Assembly (NCBI RefSeq): GCF_009914755.1 | Contig: NC_060936.1 | Origin: the human T2T-CHM13v2.0 reference genome, Homo sapiens | Direction: 5' to 3' (one strand) | Length of the DNA: 64,000 nt | Shown here: one piece after another, positions 55,501 through 64,000 of the stretch | How the letters are laid out: each line of letters starts with the position of its first letter | Position numbering within the stretch: the stretch's first letter is position 1 | Notes under the pieces: model-generated | The model's database searches: none | Told to the model about the DNA's origin: nothing | Seen by the model: only the letters and a program-made list of their open reading frames with translations | Translations under genes and position numbers: made by a program

Positions 55501-58500
55501 GAAGGCCTCAAAGAGGTCCAAATATCCACTTGCAGACATTACAAACAGAGTGTTTCCAAACTGCTCCATCAAAAGAAAGGTTAAACTCTGTGAGCTGAAC
55601 ACACACATCAAAAAGAAGTTTCTGTGAATGATTCTGTCTAGATTTTATAAGAAGATGTTTCCTTTTCTACCGTAGGCCTCAAAGCGCTTGAAATCTCCAG
55701 CTGCAAATTCCACAAAAAGGGTGTTTAACATCTGCTCTTCTAAAGGAAAGTTCAACTCTATGAGGTGAATACACACAGCACAAAGAAGTTACTGAGACTT
55801 CTCCTATCAAACATTATATGAAGAAATCCCGTTTCCAACGAAGGCCTCAAAGAGGTCCAAATATCTGCTTGCAGACTTTACAGACAGAGTGTTTCCAAAC
55901 TGCTCCATCAAAAGAAAGGTTAAACTCCTTGAGTTGAACACACACATCACAAAGTAGTTTCTGAGAATGATTCTGTCTAGTTTTTATACGAAGATGTTTC
56001 CTTTTCTACCTTTGGTCTCAAAGCGATTGAAATCTCCACATGGAAACTCCACCAAAAGAGTGTTTCAAATCTGCTCTTTCTGAAGGAAGGTTCAACTCTG
56101 TGAGTTGAATACACACACCACAAATAAGTTACTGAGAATTCTTCTGTGTAACATTATATGAGGAAATCCCGTTTCCAACGAAGGCCTCAAAGAGGTCCAA
56201 ATATCCACTTGCAGACTTTACAAAGACAGTGTCTCCAAACTCCTCCCTCAAAAGAAAGGTTATACTCTGTGAATTGAACGCACACATCACAAAGTAGTTT
56301 CTGAGAATGCTTCTGTCTAGTTTTTATACGAAGTTATTTCCTTTTCTACATTTGGCCTAAAAGCGCTTGAAATCTCCACCTGCAAATATCACAAAAAGAG
56401 GGTTTCACATCTACTCTGTCTAAAGGACAGTTCACCTCTGTGAGTTGAATAGAGGCAACACAAAGAACTTACTCAGTATTCTTCTTTCTAGCGTTCTATG
56501 AAGAAATCCCGTTTCCAACGAAGACCCCAAAGAGGTCCAAATATCTGCTTGCAGACTTTACAGACAGAGTGTTTCCAAACTACTCTATGAAAAGAAAGCT
56601 TAAACTCCTTGAGTTGAACGCACACATCACAAAGTAGTTTCTGAGAATGATTCTGTCTAGTTTTTATACGAAGATGTTTCCTTTTCTACATTTGGTCTCA
56701 AAGCGATTGAAATCTCCAACTGGAAACTGCACAAATAGGATGTTTCAAATCTGCTCTGTCTAAAGGAAGGTTCAACTCTGTGAGTTGAATACACACACCA
56801 CAAATAAGTTACTGAGAATTCTTCTGTCGAACATTACTTGAAGAAATCCCGTTTCCAACGAAGGCCTCAAAGAGGTCCAAATATCCACTTGCAGACATTA
56901 CAAACAGAGTGTTTCCAAACTGCTCCATCAAAAGAAAGGTTAAACACTGTGAGCTGAACACACACATCAAAAAGAAGTTTCTGTGAATGATTCTGTCTAG
57001 ATTTTATAAGAAGATGTTTCCTTTTCTACCGTAGGCCTCAAAGCGCTTGAAATCTCCAGCTGCAAATTCCACAAAAAGGGTGTTTTACATCTGCTCTTCT
57101 AAAGGAAAGTTCAACTCTATGCGTTGAATACACACAGCACAAAGAAGTTACTGAGACTTCTCCTATCAAACATTATATGAAGAAATCCCGTTTCCAACGA
57201 AGGCCTCAAAGAGGTCCAAATATCTGCTTGCAGACTTTACAGACAGAGTGTTTCCAAACTGCTCCATCAAAAGAAAGGTTAAACTCCTTGAGTTGAACAC
57301 ACACATCACAAAGTAGTTTCTGTGAATGATTCTGTCTAGTTTTTATACGAAGATGTTTCCTTTTCTACCTTTGGTCACAAAGCGATTGAAATCTCCACAT
57401 GGAAACTCCACAAAAAGAGTGTTTCAAATCTGCTCTTTCTGAAGGAAGGTTCAACTCTGTGAGTTGAATACACACACCACAAATAAGTTACTGAGAATTC
57501 TTCTGTGTAACATTATATGAGGAAATCCCGTTTCCAACGAAGGCCTCAAAGAGGTCCAAATATCCACTTGCAGACTTTACAAAGACAGTGTCTCCAAACT
57601 CCTCCATCAAAAGAAAGGTTATACTCTGTGAATTGAACGCACACATCACAAAGTAGTTTCTGAGAATGATTCTGTCTAGTTTTTATACGAAGATATTTCC
57701 TTTTCTACATTTGGCCTGAAAACGCTTGAAATCTCCACCTGCAAATATCACAAAAAGAGGGTTTCACATCTGCTCTGTCTAAAGGACAGTTCACCTCTGT
57801 GAGTTGAATAGAGGCAACACAAAGAACTTACTCAGTATTCTTCTTTCTAGCGTTGTATGAAGAAATCCCGTTTCCAACGAAGGCCCCAAAGAGGTCCAAA
57901 TATCTGCTTGCAGACTTTACAGACAGAGTGTTTCCAAACTACTCTATGAAAAGAAAGCTTAAACTCCTTGAGTTGAACGCACACATCACAAAGTAGTTTC
58001 TGAGAATGATTCTGTCTAGTTTTTATACGAAGATGTTTCCTTTTCTACATTTGGTCTCAAAGCGATTGAAATCTCCAACTGGAAACTGCACAAATAGGGT
58101 GTTTCAAATCTGCTCTGTCTAAAGGAAGGTTCAACTCTGTGAGTTGAATACACACACCACAAATAAGTTACTGAGAATTCTTCTGTCGAACATTACTTGA
58201 AGAATCCCGTTTCCAACGAAGGCCTCAAAGAGGTCCAAATATCCACTTGCAGACATTACAAACAGAGTGTTTCCAAACTGCTCCATCAAAAGAAAGGTTA
58301 AACTCTGTGAGCTGAACACACACATCAAAAAGAAGTTTCTGTGAATGATTCTGTCTAGATTTTATAAGAAGATGTTTCCTTTTCTACTGTAGGACTCAAA
58401 GCGCTTGAAATCTCCAGCTGCAAATTCCACAAAAAGGGTTTTTAACATCTGCTCTTCTAAAGGAAAGTTCAACTCTATGAGTTGAATACACACAGCACAA

Positions 58501-61500
58501 AGAAGTTACTGAGACTTCTCCTATCAAACATTATATGAAGAAATCCCGTTTCCAACGAAGGCCTCAAAGAGGTCCAAATATCTGCTTGCAGACTTTAAAG
58601 ACAGAGTTTTTCCAAACTGCTCCATCAAAAGAAAGGTTAAACTCCTTGAGTTGAACACACACATCACAAAGTAGTTTCTGTGAATGATTCTGTCTAGTTT
58701 TTATACGAAGATGTTTCCTTTTCTACCTTTGGTCTCAAAGCGATTGAAATCTCCACATGGAAACTCCACAAAAAGAGTGTTTCAAATCTGCTCTTTCTGA
58801 AGGAAGGTTCAACTCTGTGAGTTGAATACACACACCACAAATAAGTTACTGAGAATTCTTCTGTGTAAAATTATATGAGGAAATCCCGTTTCCAACGAAG
58901 GCCTCAAAGAGGTCCAAATATCCACTTGCAGACTTTACAAAGACAGTGTCTCCAAACTCCTCCATCAAAAGAAAGGTTATACTCTGTGAATTGAACGCAC
59001 ACATCACAAAGTAGTTTCTGAGAATGATTCTGTCTAGTTTTTATACGAAGATATTTCCTTTTCTACATTTGGCCTAAAAGCGCTTGAAATCTCCACCTGC
59101 AAATATCACAAAAAGAGGGTTTCACATCTGCTCTGTCTAAAGGACAGTTCACCTCTGTGAGTTGAATAGAGGCAACACAAAGAACTTACTCAGTATTCTT
59201 CTTTCTAGCGTTCTATGAAGAAATCCCGTTTCCAACGAAGGCCCCAATGAGGTCCAAATATCTGCTTGCAGACTTTACAGACAGAGTGTTTCCAAAGTAC
59301 TCTATGAAAAGAAAGCTTAAACTCCTTGAGTTGAACGCACACATCACAAAGTAGTTTCTGAGAATGATTCTGTCCAGTTTTTATACGAAGATGTTTCCTT
59401 TTCTACATTTGGTCTCAAAGCGATTGAAATCTCCAACTGGAAACTGCACAAATAGGGTGTTTCAAATCTGCTCTGTCTAAAGGAAGGTTCAACTCTGTGA
59501 GTTGAATACACACACCACAAATAAGTTACTGAGAATTCTTCTGTCGAACATTACTTGAAGAAATCCCGTTTCCAACGAAGGCCTCAAAGAGGTCCAAATA
59601 TCCACTTGCAGACATTACAAACAGAGTGTTTCCAAACTGCTCCATCAAAAGAAAGGTTAAACTCTGTGAGCTGAACACACACATCAAAAAGAAGTTTCTG
59701 TGAATGATTCTGTCTAGATTTTATAAGAAGATGTTTCCTTTTCTACCGTAGGCCTCAAAGCGCTTGAAATCTCCAGCTGCAAATTCCACAAAAAGGGTGT
59801 TTAACATCTGCTCTTCTAAAGGAAAGTTCAACTCTATGAGGTGAATACACACAGCACAAAGAAGTTACTGAGACTTCTCCTATCAAACATTATATGAAGA
59901 AATCCCGTTTCCAACGAAGGCCTCAAAGAGGTCCAAATATCTGCTTGCAGACTTTACAGACAGAGTGTTTCCAAACTGCTCCATCAAAAGAAAGGTTAAA
60001 CTCCTTGAGTTGAACACACACATCACAAAGTAGTTTCTGTGAATGATTCTGTCTAGTTTTTATACGAAGATGTTTCCTTTTCTACCTTTGGTCTCAAAGC
60101 GATTGAAATCTCCACATGGAAACTCCACCAAAAGAGTGTTTCAAATCTGCTCTTTCTGAAGGAAGGTTCAACTCTCTGAGTTGAATACACACACCACAAA
60201 TAAGTTACTGAGAATTCTTCTGTGTAACATTATATGAGGAAATCCCGTTTCCAACGAAGGCCTCAAAGAGGTCCAAATATCCACTTGCAGACTTTACAAA
60301 GACAGTGTCTCCAAACTCCTCCATCAAAAGAAAGGTTATACTCTGTGAATTGAACGCACACATCACAAAGTAGTTTCTGAGAATGCTTCTGTCTAGTTTT
60401 TATACGAAGTTATTTCCTTTTCTACATTTGGCCTAAAAGCGCTTGAAATCTCCACCTGCAAATATCACAAAAAGAGGGTTTCACATCTACTCTGTCTAAA
60501 GGACAGTTCACCTCTGTGAGTTGAATAGAGGCAACACAAAGAACTTACTCAGTATTCTTCTTTCTAGCGTTCTATGAAGAAATCCCGTTTCCAACGAAGA
60601 CCCCAATGAGGTCCAAATATCTGCTTGCAGACTTTACAGACAGAGTGTTTCCAAACTACTCTATGAAAAGAAAGCTTAAACTCCTTGAGTTGAACGCACA
60701 CATCACAAAGTAGTTTCTGAGAATGATTCTGTCTAGTTTTTATACGAAGATGTTTCCTTTTCTACATTTGGTCTCAAAGCGATTGAAATCTCCAACTGGA
60801 AACTGCACAAATAGGATGTTTCAAATCTGCTCTGTCTAAAGGAAGGTTCAACTCTGTGAGTTGAATACACACACCACAAATAATTTACTGAGAATTCTTC
60901 TGTCGAACATTACTTGAAGAAATCCCGTTTCCAACGAAGGCCTCAAAGAGGTCCAAATATCCACTTGCAGACATTACAAACAGAGTGTTTCCAAACTGCT
61001 CCATCAAAAGAAAGGTTAAACACTGTGAGCTGAACACACACATCAAAAAGAAGTTTCTGTGAATGATTCTGTCTAGATTTTATAAGAAGATGTTTCCTTT
61101 TCTACCGTAGGCCTCAAAGCGCTTGAAATCTCCAGCTGCAAATTCCACAAAAAGGGTGTTTTACATCTGCTCTTCTAAAGGAAAGTTCAACTCTATGCGT
61201 TGAATACACACAGCACAAAGAAGTTACTGAGACTTCTCCTATCAAACATTATATGAAGAAATCCCGTTTCCAACGAAGGCCTCAAAGAGGTCCAAATATC
61301 TGCTTGCAGACTTTACAGACAGAGTGTTTCCAAACTGCTCCATCAAAAGAAAGGTTAAACTCCTTGAGTTGAACACACACATCACAAAGTAGTTTCTGTG
61401 AATGATTCTGTCTAGTTTTTATACGAAGATGTTTCCTTTTCTACCTTTGGTCACAAAGCGATTGAAATCTCCACATGGAAACTCCACAAAAAGAGTGTTT

Positions 61501-63168
61501 CAAATCTGCTCTTTCTGAAGGAAGGTTCAACTCTGTGAGTTGAATACACACACCAGAAATAAGTTACTGAGAATTCTTCTGTGTAACATTATATGAGGAA
61601 ATCCCGTTTCCAACGAAGGCCTCAAAGAGGTCCAAATATCCACTTGCAGACTTTACAAAGACAGTGTCTCCAAACTCCTCCATCAAAAGAAAGGTTATAC
61701 TCTGTGAATTGAACGCACACATCACAAAGTAGTTTCTGAGAATGATTCTGTCTAGTTTTTATACGAAGATATTTCCTTTTCTACATTTGGCCTGAAAACG
61801 CTTGAAATCTCCACCTGCAAATATAACAAAAAGAGGGTTTCACATCTGCTCTGTCTAAAGGACAGTTCACCTCTGTGAGTTGAATAGAGGCAACACAAAG
61901 AACTTACTCAGTATTCTTCTTTCTAGCGTTGTGTGAAGAAATCCCGTTTCCAACGAAGGCCCCAAAGAGGTCCAAATATCTGCTTGCAGACTTTACAGAC
62001 AGAGTGTTTCCAAACTACTCTATGAAAAGAAAGCTTAAACTCCTTGAGTTGAACGCACACATCACAAAGTAGTTTCTGAGAATGATTCTGTCTAGTTTTT
62101 ATACGAAGATGTTTCCTTTTCTACATTTGGTCTCAAAGCGATTGAAATCTCCAACTGGAAACTGCACAAATAGGGTGTTTCAAATCTGCTCTGTCTAAAG
62201 GAAGGTTCAACTCTGTGAGTGGAATACACACACCACAAATAAGTTACTGAGAATTCTTCTGTCGAACATTACTTGAAGAATCCCGTTTCCAACGAAGGCC
62301 TCAAAGAGGTCCAAATATCCACTTGCAGACATTACAAACAGAGTGTTTCCAAACTGCTCCATCAAAAGAAAGGTTAAACTCTGTGAGCTGAACACACACA
62401 TCAAAAAGAAGTTTCTGTGAATGATTCTGTCTAGATTTTATAAGAAGATGTTTCCTTTTCTACCGTAGGACTCAAAGCGCTTGAAATCTCCAGCTGCAAA
62501 TTCCACAAAAAGGGTTTTTAAAATCTGCTCTTCTAAAGGAAAGTTCAACTCTATGAGTTGAATACACACAGCACAAAGAGGTTACTGAGACTTCTCCTAT
62601 CAAACATTATATGAAGAAATCCCGTTTCCAACGAAGGCCTCAAAGAGGTCCAAATATCTGCTTGCAGACTTTAAAGACAGAGTTTTTCCAAACTGCTCCA
62701 TCAAAAGAAAGGTTAAACTCCTTGAGTTGAACACACACATCACAAAGTAGTTTCTGTGAATGATTCTGTCTAGTTTTTATACGAAGATGTTTCCTTTTCT
62801 ACCTTTGGTCTCAAAGCGATTGAAATCTCCACATGGAAACTCCACAAAAAGAGTGTTTCAAATCTGCTCTTTCTGAAGGAAGGTTCAACTCTGTGAGTTG
62901 AATACACACACCACAAATAAGTTACTGAGAATTCTTCTGTGTAAAATTATATGAGGAAATCCCGTTTCCAACGAAGGCCTCAAAGAGGTCCAAATATCCA
63001 CTTGCAGACTTTACAAAGACAGTGTCTCCAAACTCCTCCATCAAAAGAAAGGTTATACTCTGTGAATTGAACGCACACATCACAAAGTAGTTTCTGAGAA
63101 TGATTCTGTCTAGTTTTTATACGAAGATATTTCCTTTTCTACATTTGGCCTAAAAGCGCTTGAAATCT
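49583..63168. repeat. Imperfect 3-HOR super-repeat, period 4076 bp
   Basis: 1358-bp units (gaagaatccc 1-bp deletion, preceded by ggcctgaaaacgc) start at 49583, 53659, 57735 and 61811. ORF-track copies at 49979/54055/58131/62207 are spaced exactly 4076 apart. Confidence 0.88.
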
Positions 63169-64000
63169 CCACCTGCAAATATCACAAAAAGAGGGTTTCA
63201 CATCTGCTCTGTCTAAAGGACAGTTCACCTCTGTGAGTTGAATAGAGGCAACACAAAGAACTTACTCAGTATTCTTCTTTCTAGCGTTCTATGAAGAAAT
63301 CCCGTTTCCAACGAAGGCCCCAATGAGGTCCAAATATCTGCTTGCAGACTTTACAGACAGAGTGTTTCCAAAGTACTCTATGAAAAGAAAGCTTAAACTC
63401 CTTGAGTTGAACGCACACATCACAAAGTAGTTTCTGAGAATGATTCTGTCTAGTTTTTATACGAAGATGTTTCCTTTTCTACATTTGGTCTCAAAGCGAT
63501 TGAAATCTCCAACTGGAAACTGCACAAATAGGGTGTTTCAAATCTGCTCTGTCTAAAGGAAGGTTCAACTCTGTGAGTGGAATACACACACCACAAATAA
63601 GTTACTGAGAATTCTTCTGTCGAACATTACTTGAAGAATCCCGTTTCCAACGAAGGCCTCAAAGAGGTCCAAATATCCACTTGCAGACATTACAAACAGA
63701 GTGTTTCCAAACTGCTCCATCAAAAGAAAGGTTAAACTCTGTGAGCTGAACACACACATCAAAAAGAAGTTTCTGTGAATGATTCTGTCTAGATTTTATA
63801 AGAAGATGTTTCCTTTTCTACCGTAGGACTCAAAGCGCTTGAAATCTCCAGCTGCAAATTCCACAAAAAGGGTTTTTAAAATCTGCTCTTCTAAAGGAAA
63901 GTTCAACTCTATGAGTTGAATACACACAGCACAAAGAGGTTACTGAGACTTCTCCTATCAAACATTATATGAAGAAATCCCGTTTCCAACGAAGGCCTCA

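Larger units (their letters stand above)
1..64000 (-). repeat. Alpha-satellite HOR array, SF1 dimeric type, canonical 8-mer of 1359 bp; most likely human chr12 D12Z3
   Basis: The motif ccacctgcaaatatcac recurs at 1360, 2719, 4075, 5434, 6793, 8152 ... 61811, 63169 (spacing 1356-1359, or 1019 in variants). An SF1-type CENP-B box occurs in every second monomer. There is one HindIII (aagctt, 221) and one PvuII (cagctg, ~682) site per unit. The array call is near certain. The chr12 assignment rests on recalled D12Z3 properties (~0.8); D10Z1 is the main alternative SF1 8-mer. Confidence 0.97.

Noticed and set aside
44207-63762. 64-65-aa ORFs (MMCVFSSQ..., MMCAFNSQ...)
   Set aside because: They are created by 1-bp deletions in repeat units. 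Database proteins resembling such peptides are typically satellite mistranslations or contamination.
1-64000. Regularly spaced conserved motif (gaaatcccgtttccaacgaaggcc) resembling a CRISPR array
   Set aside because: The motif is the CENP-B box region. The intervening ~320 bp are themselves repeats rather than unique spacers, and no cas genes are present.
1-64000. Possible L1/Alu insertion, inversion or non-satellite island
   Set aside because: Unit phase can be followed continuously from start to end in a single orientation, with no poly-A tails, target-site duplications or foreign sequence seen.

Overview
The whole 64 kb window is one uninterrupted primate (human-type) centromeric alpha-satellite higher-order-repeat (HOR) array, reversed relative to the conventional consensus. 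Monomers of ~170 bp alternate as dimers, with a CENP-B box (CTTCGTTGGAAACGGGA, minus strand) about every 340 bp. Four distinct dimers (here A-D) form an 8-mer HOR of 1359 bp with one HindIII and one PvuII site, which best fits the SF1 chromosome 12 array D12Z3 (from recall, not a search). I see no genes, transposon insertions or inversions, and all listed ORFs are satellite artefacts. I found no new protein-coding system. The notable content is the layered structure above the HOR level: a near-perfect 9167-bp tandem duplication, an 8833-bp duplication with a nested 3737-bp duplication, a 4076-bp 3-HOR periodicity, 6-mer deletion variants in two haplotype backgrounds, a unique 12-mer variant, length-neutral monomer-replacement HORs, and a split between a left domain with many damaged CENP-B boxes and a right domain where they appear intact. 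Coordinates were counted by eye and may be off by a few bases.
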